Below, piece by piece: positions 1 through 15,440 of a stretch of DNA of 64,000 nt. Position 1 is the stretch's first letter, and each line of letters opens with the position of its first letter. The notes beneath the pieces were generated by a model. It made no database searches, was not told the DNA's origin, and saw only the letters and a program-made list of their open reading frames with translations. The stretch lies in assembly GCF_006345805.1 (NCBI RefSeq), contig NC_043004.1:59458001-59522000 (forward strand). Direction: 5' to 3'. Source of the stretch: Octopus sinensis. Taxonomy: Eukaryota. Position numbers and translations under genes: made by a program.

Positions 1-641
1 GACAGGGAGAGAGAATATCTGAAAGGGGGAAAGTGGGTCGGGGAGTGAGGGAGATCACAGATTGATTGTGATAGAGAGGGGATAGAGAGTCAGAGAAAGA
101 AAGAGAGTCAGAGACATAAAGAGTCAGAGAAGAAAGATAGAGAGAGTAAGAGTCAGAGAAAGAAAGAGGGTGAGGCAGAAAAAGAGACAGACATAGATGT
201 GGAGAAAGAGCGAGAGGGGCATAGATAGATATAGAGATAGATAAATAAAAAGAGAGTGGGGATAGAGAGAAAAAAGATAAAGAGAGAGTAAGAGAAAGAG
301 AGAGAGGGTGAGAGGGTGAGAGAAGGAGAGAGACAAAGAAAGTCGCAGATAGAGAAAAACTAAGACAAAAAGACAAGGAGAGAGACTGAAGGATATTGAG
401 AAATATACAAAGAAAAACTGAGGGAGATAGAGAGAGAGAGATAGAGAAAAACAGAGAGACAGATCCACAGACAGAGATGGAGAGAAAGAGAGGGAGGGGG
501 AGAGAATGAGAGAGGGAGAGAAAGACAAAGAGAATGAAAGAAAAACGAATGTATATAGGTGTATGTGTATCTGTGTATGAGAGAGAAAGAGAGAGCGAGA
601 GCGAGTGAGTGATTGTGAGAGAGAAAAAGAAAGGGAGAGAG

Positions 642-682
<41 letters not shown>

Positions 683-720
683 GGAAGAATTTAAGATGAT
701 GAAGAGAAAAGAAAGGAAAC
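1..720. repeat. GA-rich low-complexity / degenerate (GA)n tract
   Basis: Almost purine-only + strand; overlapping ORFs are Leu/Ser/Phe low-complexity translations. Confidence 0.9.
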
Positions 721-853
721 ATTGCAGCATGACAGGCGATGCTATTTGATTGACTAAATTACTTGATCTTCAAAAGAAACAGCAACTTTAATTAAGTGGG
801 AAGATGGATGAAGATGGAGGCTGGAGGCTGCGTAACAATTATGAATGTGTGTG

Positions 854-903
<50 letters not shown>

Positions 904-1158
904 GAGAGAGTGCTCTGTTTGAAGAGTTGGCAAAATTTAGTTGTTTTCTTTGATAATGGGTGCAGCACTTCATTCCATGATTGTGAGGTGTGGTCTTGGT
1001 GTTCAAGCAAAATCATGACAGTCGTAGAGCTGCTGAGGCCTCCGCAGCAGCAGATGCTGCTAGTGATAATGATGGAAATCTCAAAGAGGATGAAGATGGT
1101 AATAATGCTGACATTAAACAGAATGAAATCGATGAGTGTGAGTATAATGAAGGCTGTG

Positions 1159-1186
1159 ATTATTATTATCATTATTATAATTATTA

Positions 1187-1244
<58 letters not shown>

Positions 1245-1258
1245 CATTATTATTATTA

Positions 1259-1343
<85 letters not shown>

Positions 1344-1354
1344 TGTTATTATTA

Positions 1355-1399
<45 letters not shown>

Positions 1400-1442
1400 T
1401 ATTATTATTATTATTATCATCATCATCATCATTATTATTATT
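1159..1442. repeat. (ATT)n microsatellite
   Basis: Direct reading. Confidence 0.95.
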
Positions 1443-1637
1443 AAGGCTTTGAGCTGGTGGAATACTTTGCTTTTCGTCCGCCTTTACGTTCTGAGCTCAA
1501 ATTACACCGAAGTCAACATTGCCTTTCATCCTTTCAGGGTTGGTAAATTAAATACCAGTTGCGTATTGGGGTCGAACTAATCGATCGGCCCCGCTCCTCC
1601 CCAAAATTTCAGGCCTTGTGCCTATAGAAAAAAGGTT
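1443..1637 (+). mobile_element. SINE family B (core GCCTTTCATCCTTTCGGGGTCGATAAATTAAGTACCAG), diverged copy
   Basis: Shares ACGTTCTGAGTTCAAATT..GCCTTTCATCCTTTC..ACCAGTT with copies at 12.4k, 30.8k, 38.9k and 51.6-52.3k; core recalls the Meta/MESC SINE domain (from memory, unverified). Confidence 0.75.
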
Positions 1638-2029
1638 TGTTATTGCTGTTATTATTGTTGTGAAAAGATGTGTGACCGAGGCAAAAATTGTTAGAGTGAA
1701 CGACATTATTCTATGCACCTGTAGACCGGAAGAGGCTCGTGCCTATGGTTGTCAGCGTAATCCGGATCTGAGGTTCCTTGATTGGCCCTAACTGGAGTTT
1801 CTCATGCACCAGGAGGTTTGTAACATTCATGTTATCCCATGCATGGTATACTAAATCTATTTTCATCGCATTCGATCGTCATTTCAATTTTTTCTCCACA
1901 TCCTTTATGTGAATCCCAAAACATATCGTTGTCTTTTCTTGTGATGTCTCCATCTCTGCCCTAGTGGATCATAGAATATCATCATCATCGTCGTCGTCAT
2001 CATCATCATCATCATCATTGCTATTGTTT

Positions 2030-2060
<31 letters not shown>

Positions 2061-2149
2061 TATCATTATTATCATCATCATCATCATCATTATTACTATT
2101 ATTATCATTATTATTAATATTATTATTAGTAGTAGTATTATTATTATTA

Positions 2150-2206
<57 letters not shown>

Positions 2207-2211
2207 TATTA

Positions 2212-5083
<2,872 letters not shown>

Positions 5084-5085
5084 CA

Positions 5086-5210
5086 GTGAGTGAGAGAGCA
5101 GCGCATGAATCAAAGTGACACTGGGTTACAAATATACAAAGCCCAATACGCCCATTATGACCACCCGTCTAATAAGGTTACACCAGGCACATGCATCACA
5201 ACTATTTGCA
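5086..5210 (-). mobile_element. 3' tail (~125 bp) of the ~550-bp (AAT)n-targeted element, joined to an R4/Dong fragment
   Basis: GAGTGAGAGAGCAG..CAAAGTGACACTGGG..CCCGTCTAATAAGG..CCAGGCACATGCATCACAAC matches 47144-47260. Confidence 0.8.
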
Positions 5211-6810
5211 TTAGTTTTCGTTGCTTCTGATGTAGGCATTTCTGTAGTCATATGGTAGCTATTTTGTAATAGTATTGTAGCTGTATAACGCCTCTACCAC
5301 CTTCGACACGTTGTATATATAACATTTCTACATCAGATTTTGAGTGGTGTATCCTAAATCCTGTCATTATTTTTCTTGTTTTCTTGTCTATTTCGATTAG
5401 TTCATTTAGTGTCTAGCTAAGAATATTGTAGCTGTAACTTATAACTGGGACGGCTAGAGTGTTGATAGCTTGTTTTTCACATTAGGTTGTTTCCAGTATT
5501 AATCTAACTCCTCTGTAGTATTATTTTCCTATCTTCTCTTTCATTTGTGTGTGTTTTATCGTATCTAGTTCATTGATTCCTAAAAATCTGTACGTCTGAA
5601 TTTGGTCTAATTCTCTTATTTCATTTGCTTTTTCTCGTGTGATGCTACTCTTAGCTAGTTTTCCTCTTTTCAGTGTTGCTTCGACACATTTTCTAGTTCA
5701 AATTTCATGTTTATTTCTTTGGTAAAGTCATGTGCTGTCTGTAGTAGTGTTTCTAGCTGTTTATCAGTGTAGCATACAGTTTTAGATCACCCATATATAA
5801 GAGGTTGCTGATTGATTTGCCGTAGCAGTTGTATCCACATCCAGTTATGTTTAGCATGTTAGATAAATGTGTCAGTTGCGAGCAGAAAACGAGTGGAGAG
5901 AGTGTGCCTCACTGGAATATTCCTCCTCTGATGGGGATGGCTTTAGTTTTTATGAATCCCGATTTTGTCTAGCGATGTAGCACTGTCTGACATTTATTCA
6001 TGGAATGCTTTATATATTTTATGATTATTGGTGCTACCTTGTTCATGGCTAGTGTTTCTAGGATCCATGTGTGGGGAATACTATCAAAAGCCTTTCAGTA
6101 ATCGATCCAGGCCGTACTTAGACCCTTCTCCTTTCTGTGGCTGTCTTCTGTTATGGGTATATCGATCAGTAGCTGATCTTTACAACCGTATGAGCACGTG
6201 CAGCGTCCCCTGTGCGCTTCTAGAAACAGTTTGTTTTCTTGCAGATTATTGCTCTTTGTCTGTGATATTATTGCAGTAAAGGATTTGTAAATTGTAGGGA
6301 GATTAGTTTGCGGTCCGTAATTTTGTGGATTTGCCGTTTCAGTAGATCCGAGAATTGAGAATTCCCTTCCGTGAACCATTCAGGCATTGTCCCTAATATT
6401 TCATTGTGCTAGTATTTCATTAAATTCCTCAGTTAGCTTTTTATGTGTCCCTGTTAGGTATTCTAACCAGAAGTTGGAGATCTTGTCGTGCCCAGGTTCC
6501 TTCCAGTTGCTCAGTTTTGGGATGACTTCTTAAGTTGTTATATCGGCCCATAGTTGTTCAGGTACTGTGTTTGTTGTTTTGATAGACCTATTTTGAGGTT
6601 GTTTCTTCTCCGACCAGATTCTTTTCTAAAATTCTTCCACTTGTGCTGCTGTTGGTGCTGCATTGATCTCACTTTTGTCAAGTTCTTGGTAGAATCTTTT
6701 GGGGCTTGAGTTGAACTGTTTGTTTTGTTCAAAGAAACATTGGCGTTTCCCACATCGGTGGATTATTTTGCCTTGTGGAGCTGTTGTTTTACTTCAGGTA
6801 TACCTCAAGT
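5211..6810 (-). mobile_element. Second, more decayed R4/Dong LINE fragment (RT region)
   Basis: Collinear nucleotide similarity to 3300-4430; ORF fragment TANPQNYGPQTNLPTIYKSFT..GCKDQLLID..LSTAWIDY covers RT motifs that are deleted in the first copy. Confidence 0.85.
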
Positions 6811-6813
6811 ATG

Positions 6814-6859
<46 letters not shown>

Positions 6860-7049
6860 TATTATTATCATTGTTGTTGTTGTTGCTGTTGTTTTTGTTA
6901 TCATTATTAATAGTAATAATAATATTCAAGGGTCAATACATAGGACGTATTTTCAAACGCTCCAGTTTAGTGCAGCTTAAAACATTTTTTGTGCTTTATT
7001 GCATTATTCATTTTATTCCAAGTTGTCAATAGAAACAGCAAGAATCTAT

Positions 7050-10000
7050 TTACTGGTTTTTAATACTTGTTTCGCCCTGGAGGGGTTATTTTCGGCCCAC
7101 TAAATAAATTTGTTGGGCGTCTAATTTGATTTAAATTAATGAAACAGAACTCAACAAGATGGCGGAGCGAGTCTTGAAAGAGTTGAGATAAAAGAAAATT
7201 GCCCCCTCTCACTAATCTTGTGACTGCTGAAGATTTTCCTCCCCTTCACTCCGTTACTGGCAGCAATAGAGGTGAAGGGAGGAGACAAACGGGACTTTAA
7301 CAGTACAAAGTACACCTCGTAGTAACAGCAGTAGTAGCAGTGACAACAACAGTAGCAACAGCAGCAGCAGCAGCAGCATTAGTAGTAGCAACAGCAGAGG
7401 CAGTAGCCATGGCAACAACAGTAGCAAAAGTGACAACAGCAACGGTAACAAAGCCAACACCAGCATCGACAAAACAACTACAACAACTGTAGCAGAAGCA
7501 ACAGCAGCAACAACTACAGCAACAACAACAACGAGACTATTCCCGGCAGCAACAAATCCTATTCCCGGAAGCAGCAGCGAAAAAGAAGCAACGTTCTACC
7601 GTGGACCTCACAATAAAAAGTACAAACACCACCCACGCAAACGTCTCCTCAATAACACCAACATCAACACAACCAACACCATTGCATCTTAAACTGCAGG
7701 TCCCACACTCAGAGCACACATAGACACAACCGAAATAACAACAAAACCATCACCACTATAGTCAAGGAAGGAGGAGGGGTCAGTAGCTAAATTAGACGAG
7801 GCTATTTGTTGTGGCATTGCAACCGACGTGCTGGCAGCAAGAACGGCATTAGACCAGTTCTTCAATGCAAAACATGAAGGATACATTGTCAGAGCCAAGG
7901 TGCGTGCTCTAAGAAACGAGGGGATCAAGCTATTCCATAGTCCCGAGTGGCGGCGGTGCAGCGTAGTAAGAAAAGCATGATTCCAACGTTGACAGACCGA
8001 GACGGACACTTCTGAGCGATTCCAGGCAGATGTGTGAGGCCTTTCGCCAGCACTTTGCTCGAAAAGTGGCGGGGAGGAGATGGTAATGACTTCAGTCCGT
8101 ACCTACACGGCTTGGCGTGTCTTTCGACGGCCGAAGATGAGCGCTGAGATAAGCCGAACTTCAGCAGAAATTCCGGATACCCTTGTCGGCTGGACGAGGC
8201 GCAATTCACCCAGATTAAATGGTCTGTTCTACAAGCTTTTCGTAAATATGTCTGACAGACTTGTTCTCTGATCTCATCAAGGCTCTCTACTGCAACTGGC
8301 AGCAAAACGGGTGTATTCCAAGTTCTGTGAGCCGGAGTGATGTGACGATGATAAGGAAAGATGAAAGCAAGAGGGACACATTAGATAACTTTAGGCCCAT
8401 AACACTATTTAACACAGAGTTTAAGATTTTGGCCAAAGTGTTCCCGAAGAGGTTGGCGTTTGTCGTCGAGGATTTCGTCAGAGAGGCGCAAACCTGGGCA
8501 ATCCCAACCAGGTCCGTACACGACAACCTCCACCTCATGCGATGCATCATAGAAAGAGTGGGGTGCAAACCTGGTTTTGGTGAGGCGCTGATAAATTTTG
8601 ATCAATCTAAAGTAATTCATTGGGTCAACCATCGGTAGCTGGAGGTTCTGGTCAAGGCGGCTGGCTTCTGCCCCATCTTCAGAGGTTGGACCGCTGCATC
8701 TGCTCGGTAGACAAAGGTAATAGCCACTTCTCGGAACTTTTTCACATCTCACGCACAGTCCATCAAGGGTGCCCACTCTCCCCCCTTCTTTACATATTGA
8801 CTCTTGAGCTTTTACCGAAGAGCTGTGTCGGCTTATTCTGACGACATCACCGTGATGGTGTCGGACTACTCAGAAATAGAGGTGGTCGGCACATCATTGG
8901 AGGAAGTTGACAGGAGCAGAACTTAAGCTAGAAAAGTGGGTTGGCTTGCAACTTGGCATCCAGAGAGGAAAATTCATGCCGTCCAACAGCGTTGTTGGGC
9001 GCTGGATGGACCTGCCGGCAAAGTTGCTTGGGTTTTGGTTCGTACCAGACCTCCAGATGGATAAGATTGGGACGAAGTGGTGAGCAGGGTAGGCAATTTC
9101 AGACGGAAATGTGCTGCGAGGACGCTGTTACTGATAAGTCAGGCGGAGGTGGCAAATGTGTACATCGTGTACACAAATGTGTACATCTACTACCGCTTGA
9201 TCGCCGTGCCTTAGTCCCGTTCGCGCCTCACCAAGTTGGAGCGACTCCTCTTCAAATTCTTGTGGGGTGGGGACAGGTTCCTTGGAGCTGCCTGCAGTTT
9301 CTACGCGGAGGGCTGGGCATACTGTGATTAATGATGTGCAGACAAGCGCTGCAGTATCTCCAGATATTCTGCCTAAACGGTGAACTAGTGCGGTCGCTGT
9401 TTGTCAAACAAGCCATTCCCCAGTTCGTATCAGTAAGTAAGATGCAGTCCTGGGTCAAGAAGAGACTGAGACAGGGTAACTGGCATCTGGAGTGTTGCCA
9501 GGCACTCACCGTGCTCTACGAGTCGGGCAATGCAATCAGTGGATCATCCACCCTCAAGTTCTATAAAGGGTTAATGGAGGGAAAGAGCGATGACTAACTC
9601 GGAGAGGCGCTAGCCATGGACGAGGTCGAACTGACCAGTCTGCTCAGGAGGACTTTCGGGCCGGGACGATGGATAGCTTCCGGAAATTCCTAGCTTGGCA
9701 CTTCCGGTTCGAGATATACTCTACAGATATAGAAAACCTGCCGGTTTGAGATAAACTCTACAGGCATAGAATTGCTGTGAGACGGACTTGCTCGAGATGC
9801 GCGCAGAGCGACGAAAACGCTTTGCACGCACTCGTCTAGTTGCCGTGTATTACTGACTCGTGGAGTTATGTTGAACAGCTGTTATCACGTTTAGAACGGT
9901 TCCAGCTATCGACCGAGTCTATACTGAAGATCGATTCTCCGCCATACATTGTCTCCCCAACATCGCTTGACAACCGATGCTGGTGTGTTTACGTCCCCGT

Positions 10001-10540
10001 AACTTAGCGGTTCAGCAAAAGAGACCGATAGAGTAAGTACTAGGCTTACAAAGAATAAGTCCTAGGGTCGATTTGCTCGACTAAAGGCGGTGCTCCAGCA
10101 TGGCTACAGTCAAATGACTGAAACAAGTAAAAGATTAAAGTGTAAAGAGTAGGGTTAGGGTTAAGGTTTTCCTCTGTCTGATAGCAGTAGCGAAAGAGGT
10201 TGTATTGTGGACCAGGTTGAAAGGACTGAATACACACACTTTCCTTTTTGATCGATTCCTCATCGATTTTTCAAAGTTCCTTTAGAAAAGGAATGTGAGG
10301 GTAGAGAGGTAAGTACTGCTCCCCTATAAGTTTGTTGTGAAAATGTCTCGCGTGGATGGGCCTACTCTGAATATTCGTCTGCAAGCCGGAGCATGTGAGG
10401 GGGAATAGAGCTGCCTACCTGGCATGCCCTTGGCAGTCGGCTTCGTGGGTGCCTGATTGGAACTCCTCATTATATGGGGAATTTTGTTTCATTTTAATTT
10501 TTATTATTTAAACGCTTTCTGTATTTTTTTTAAAATCCCA
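7050..10540 (+). mobile_element. L1/Tx1-type LINE, decayed and internally deleted
   Basis: CAAGATGGCGG motif at ~7155; RT fragments DNFRPITLFNTEFKILAKV, LINFDQSK, VHQGCPLSPLLYILTLE, SAYSDDITV (~8828-8855), GGLG; many stops and frameshifts; boundaries approximate. Confidence 0.85.
9950..10150 (+). mobile_element. SINE family A, 3' half, inserted in the Tx1 LINE
   Basis: CTTGACAACCGATGCTGGTGTGTTTACGTCCCCG..GGCGGTGCTCCAGCATGG..GAAACAAGTAAAAG. Confidence 0.9.
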
Positions 10541-10552
10541 CTTGCCCCTTGT

Positions 10553-11020
10553 TCAAGCTCGGCCGAGATCGACTTTGCCTGTCAATATTTAGGGTCGAGG
10601 TCGATGAAATCGATTTACTCCCTCCTCCAAAATTTCAAGCCTTGTGCTTATAGGAGAAATTATTATTATTATTATTATTATTATTGTTATTATTTTTATT
10701 GTTGTTGTTGTTGTTGCTGCTGCTGCTAATACTAGTAATACTTCTACATTTATTATTATTACTATCATTATTATTACCATCATCATCATCATCATCATCA
10801 TCATCATAATCATCATCATGTTGACGGAATTGTTAGAACATCGGAAAATGCTTTAGAGTATTTGAAGAGCGGGATTTCGTCCTTCTTTACATCTCGAGTT
10901 GAAATACCGCGAAGGTTGACGTTGCCCTTCATCCTTTCCATTTCGACAAAATATGTACCAGTAGAATATTTATGTCGATGTAATCGAGTACTCTTCAGCC
11001 ACAAATTTTCTGCCCTTTTG
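10553..11020 (+). mobile_element. Two diverged SINE family B fragments (10553-10659, 10818-11020) separated by ATT/GTT/ATC microsatellite
   Basis: GCCGAGATCGACTTTGCC; GCCCTTCATCCTTTCC..GTACCAGT. Confidence 0.6.
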
Positions 11021-11663
11021 TTGTTGTTGTTGTTGTTGTAGCCCTCTGTTAGAAATACTTTGTTTTCTTTAATATTTTTGTCATTTCGTAAAAAAAAAAG
11101 CGCTCAATAACTGAAGGCCCTAAAGTCGCATGCTTTTACAACAAAATATATCGCACTATTGCAAATTTCAATTATTGAAAACATCGTGACATTAGAACAC
11201 TTGTTTCCCACACAATATGAACTGGTAGTGAGTCGAAATATTTATCAGATAAGACACTGGATTGTGGTAATTCCTCTTACCTCAAACGTCACCAGTTTAA
11301 AGACATTGGTGGCGGTTGACGAATAAGAGGAGAACTTTGCATATGACAAAACGAACAACATGTACAAAAACAACAAGAAAATTGCAGGAAAGCTGCGCGA
11401 GATGTGACATGCGCATTGCGTTTTTATTCTTCTCTTCTGTTTTCGAATCCCATGTACACATGCACAGAGTGTGTTCGTACTTCCCTTTTCGGTTTCTATT
11501 CAAAACTGTGCTTCCCGCATTCCAATGATTGTGAAATGACGGAAACAATGACAACGGCAAAACTAACAGTAACAATTACACCAAGAGATATAACAAAACA
11601 CTACCAAGATCAATAAGTACATTACCAGTGACAAGAAGAATGATAGAGACAGCAGCAACTGCA

Positions 11664-11860
11664 TGGATGCGCAATGGCCCTGTGGTTAGAGCAGCGGACT
11701 CGCGGTCGTAAATACGCGGTTTCGATTCCCAGACCTGGCATCGTGAGTGTTTATTGAGCAAAAATACCTTAGCTCCACGAGGCTCAGGCGGGGGTGGGGG
11801 GGGGGTGAACCCCGTTGTACTCTTTCACCACAACTTTCTCTCACTTTTTTTTCCTACTTC
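11664..11860 (+). mobile_element. tRNA-derived SINE family C
   Basis: Box A TGGCCCTGTGG and box B GTTTCGATTCC; shares GCAGCGGACTCGCGG..GAGC..ACC..AGCTCCACG with 59982-60240. Confidence 0.75.
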
Positions 11861-12427
11861 GGCCACAAAGCAGAGGAACCATGGTGTAACCCACTATGGT
11901 GTGGTAAATTTCAGATCCTGGTCTAGATTGCTTATCCTCTGTGCCCCAGGATGGTTCAGCTCTCCATCCGTTAAAAGCCACCGTTTACGGAATGAGGTTA
12001 ACAACGTAGCTTTCGCGCCCGTGCAACCGTGAGTTTATTGTGTGTGGTGGGAGGCCACACACATATGCGAAGAGAGATAGAACAACATGACGAGTTAGGT
12101 TGGAGGTCGTCCTGAGGTGGTACCGACGCCTTCATGTAGCTAACATTTTAACGTTTTTTTTTTAGTTAACATTATGGCTTGAACTTGAGCACACCTTGTG
12201 TTTGCTGTTAAATTGTTGTGGCACTCTCAATAACAAAGCCGTTATTTGAAACGATTTCCTTCCTTTCTTTAATAATAAGATATGAATGGTTCCGTAGTAA
12301 AGACATACGTATGATACAGCATTTGTGAAGGTTTGACTACCATTAGTCGCAGTTGCTGTTTACGTTGTTATTATTGTCTTTGTGGAGGTGGTAGTGACTT
12401 TCATGCTTATGCGGTCAATGATTTTGT

Positions 12428-12635
12428 TCGCACGCCGGGCGAAATGCGTGGCCGTATTTCGTCTGCTGTTACGTTCTGAGTTCAAATTCCACCGAGGTCG
12501 ACTTTGCCTTTCATCCTTTCGGGGTCGATAAATTAAGTGCCAGTCATACACTGGGGTCGATATAATCGACTTAATCCGTTTGTCTGTCCTTGTTTGTCCT
12601 CTCTGTGTTTAGCCCCTTGTGGGTAGTAAAGAAAT
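12428..12635 (+). mobile_element. SINE family B
   Basis: Near-consensus core; tail GCCCCTTGTGGGTAGTAAAGAAATA. Confidence 0.9.
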
Positions 12636-12976
12636 ATATATTGTTCGCGTGGAGGACTAATAATAGCTTTCCTTTGTATTACAAGAATCTTTCAGGGTAG
12701 CTCCAAGCTGGTTTTGGTCAATTGTAATCAAGGACGTTCTGGCAGAAATAATAACGTCTCGTTCTTTCTATACATGCTGTATATAAGACTACTTATTTTA
12801 CCTATGTGGACTACATTGTGAAAGACCTTAGGATATTTAGCTGCTGATTCTTGCAATTTGAGTGGCTATCTAGAAGTCACTATGTTGCTTTAGCTGGCAA
12901 TGGTGATAGTAGTGACGGTGGTGGTGCTGTTGCTGGTGAGGTATGTGACGATAACGAAGTTAGTTGCAGTAGTGAT

Positions 12977-13382
12977 ACTCTTTACTCTTTTACTTGTTTC
13001 AGTCAGTTGACTGTGGCCATGCGGGAGCACCGCCTTTAGTCGAGAAAATCGACCCGAGAACTTATTTTTTGTAAGCCTAGTACTTACTCTATCGGTCTCT
13101 TTTGCTGAACCGCTAAGTTACGGGAAAGTAAACACACCAGCATCGGTTGTCAAGCTATGTTGGGGAGACAAGCACAGACATACAAACACACGCACACACA
13201 CACACACGCACATATGTATATAAATATATACGACGGGCTTCTTTCAGCTTCCGTCTACCAAATCCACTCACAAGGCTTTGGTCGGCCCGAGGCTATAGTA
13301 GAAGGCATTTGCCCAAGTTACTACGCAGTGGGACTGAACCCGGAACCATGTGGTTCGTAAGCAAGCTAATTACAACACAGCA
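12977..13382 (-). mobile_element. SINE family A, near full length
   Basis: Reverse-complement match to 17366-17786, including the internal CA/TA microsatellite. Confidence 0.9.
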
Positions 13383-13567
13383 ACTTAATTTTGCGCTTCG
13401 GCAAAGAAACAACGACGGAATAATTATCACGCTTAAAAAGTAATTACTGGGTGTATTTCCTGGAGTAAGCCTGAGAAGGCGGTGCTCCAGCATGGTCGCA
13501 GTCCAACAACTGAAACAGATAAAAGATGCAAGATAAGGATAAAAGATACATATACATAGAGGTACAT

Positions 13568-13626
<59 letters not shown>

Positions 13627-13736
13627 GTACTCACATAGATATATTCATACATACATGTGTATATGTCTTCCTCTGTGTTCCTATATGTATATATGAATAT
13701 ATGAATGAATTTATTATATATATATAAATATATATA

Positions 13737-13767
<31 letters not shown>

Positions 13768-14149
13768 CATACATATATATATATATATATGTGTGTGTGT
13801 ACATATATATAATAAATACATTCATATATTCATATATTCATATATAAATACATTTATACATACATGAATATATGCATATATATGTGTATATACGTACATA
13901 TACACACACACACACACACAATTATATATATATATATATATACATACACGCACACACATGGTGGCCTTTTCACAGCTTTTGCTACTTGTGTTGCATATGA
14001 GGTGATACCATAATAGATGGTTGTTTTCAGCGTATATATATCATAGGTAAGGACAATTATACGGAAGACAGACAAAGGGGATACGTGACGTGACTTCAAT
14101 ACCGAGAACGTCAAAGCACACTGCTTTACTATTTAACATGTTCGTGGTA

Positions 14150-15348
14150 TGACTACGATGATGAAGATATTGGTGTTATTGTTGATGTTGTTGTTGTCGT
14201 TTTTAGCGGCAGTAGTGAAAGGAAGGATGGAGTTGGCGAAGGTGCTGGTGCATAGCAATGCTTATGGTTGTGATTATTGGGACGGTGGTGATTGTAGTGA
14301 TCAATGAGGTGGTGTTCCTAGCTGTTTTGTGTGATATTAGCTCCGAATATTGTAGTGAAGGAAGGTGGTACTACTGTTTGTGACAGCTTTGGTTATAGTG
14401 GTGGTAGTTTTGAAATTTTTGGGGTAGCCACTGATAGGGAATCTAATGGTGGTTGCGGGTGAGTTGGTGCTGTTGTTAATAGTATTAATAGTATTACTTT
14501 TGATGGTGTTGTAGGTGATGGTGATTCTGTAATTGGAGGTAGTGATTACGGTTGTGTTTGTGGTTGTAGTAATGTTGGTGACTGGTTGTGGTAGTGGTTA
14601 TAGTGGTGGTGGTTGTGTTGGTTGTGATAGTTGTAATTGTGGTTGTGGTTGTGATCGTGGTGGTGGTGGTAATTGTGGTTATGGTGGTGGTTATACTGGC
14701 GATGGTTGCTGTAGAGGCGGTGGTGAGTGTAGTTGTGGTGGTGGTGGTGGTGGTGATTGTGGTATTGTTGCTGGTGGTGGAGATTATGGTTGTGGTGATT
14801 CTGGTGGTGGTTGTGATTGTAGATCTGGTGCTGATGGTTGTGATTGTTTTGTAGTGGTGGTGGTGATTGTGTTGATTGTGGTAGTGATTGTAGATTTGGT
14901 ATTGTTGGTGGTAATGCTGGTGGTTAAGTCAGTATTGGCGATATAACGATGAAGATTTATTATGATTTTGACGATGGTGCAAACAGTAAAGGTGAGCGTA
15001 GTGCTTGCGGTGTAACTGGTGATGGTAACTGTCGTAGTGAAGGCTGTTATCCGTGGTAAGAGTGAACATATTAGTATTGCTAATGATCAATTATTTGAGG
15101 TAGTTGAGTGGCAGGTATTGTATATGTTCTAGTGGTCGCGTTATGGGTGAAGCTGTAGGTTTATGGTGGTGGTAGTTTTGGTGGTGTTGGTGGTGATGGT
15201 GGTGGTAGTGGTTGTGGTATCATCTGTGTGTTTGGCATTGCTGCGATGTTAGCAATGTTGCTACTTTCGGTGGTGGTTATGTAGACTTGATGTACGTTTC
15301 GTTGTTCACGGTTGCGTTGACCTTGATACTCTTAAATGGTAGTAGTAA

Positions 15349-15405
<57 letters not shown>

Positions 15406-15440
15406 CAGGAGGAGGAGGAGGTGGAGTTGTTGTTGTAGTA
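14150..15440. repeat. Degenerate GGT/GTT/GTA trinucleotide low-complexity region ending in (AGT)n
   Basis: Direct reading. Confidence 0.85.

Noticed and set aside
10151-10167. AGGGTTAGGGTTAAGG telomere-like repeat
   Set aside because: Only about two units, within the Tx1 3' region next to a SINE tail; not a telomeric array.
14533-14946. Gly/Cys-rich ORF resembling a keratin-associated or cuticle protein
   Set aside because: It lies within a much longer degenerate GGT/GTT repeat, has no ATG start, and the neighbouring frame is poly-Val.
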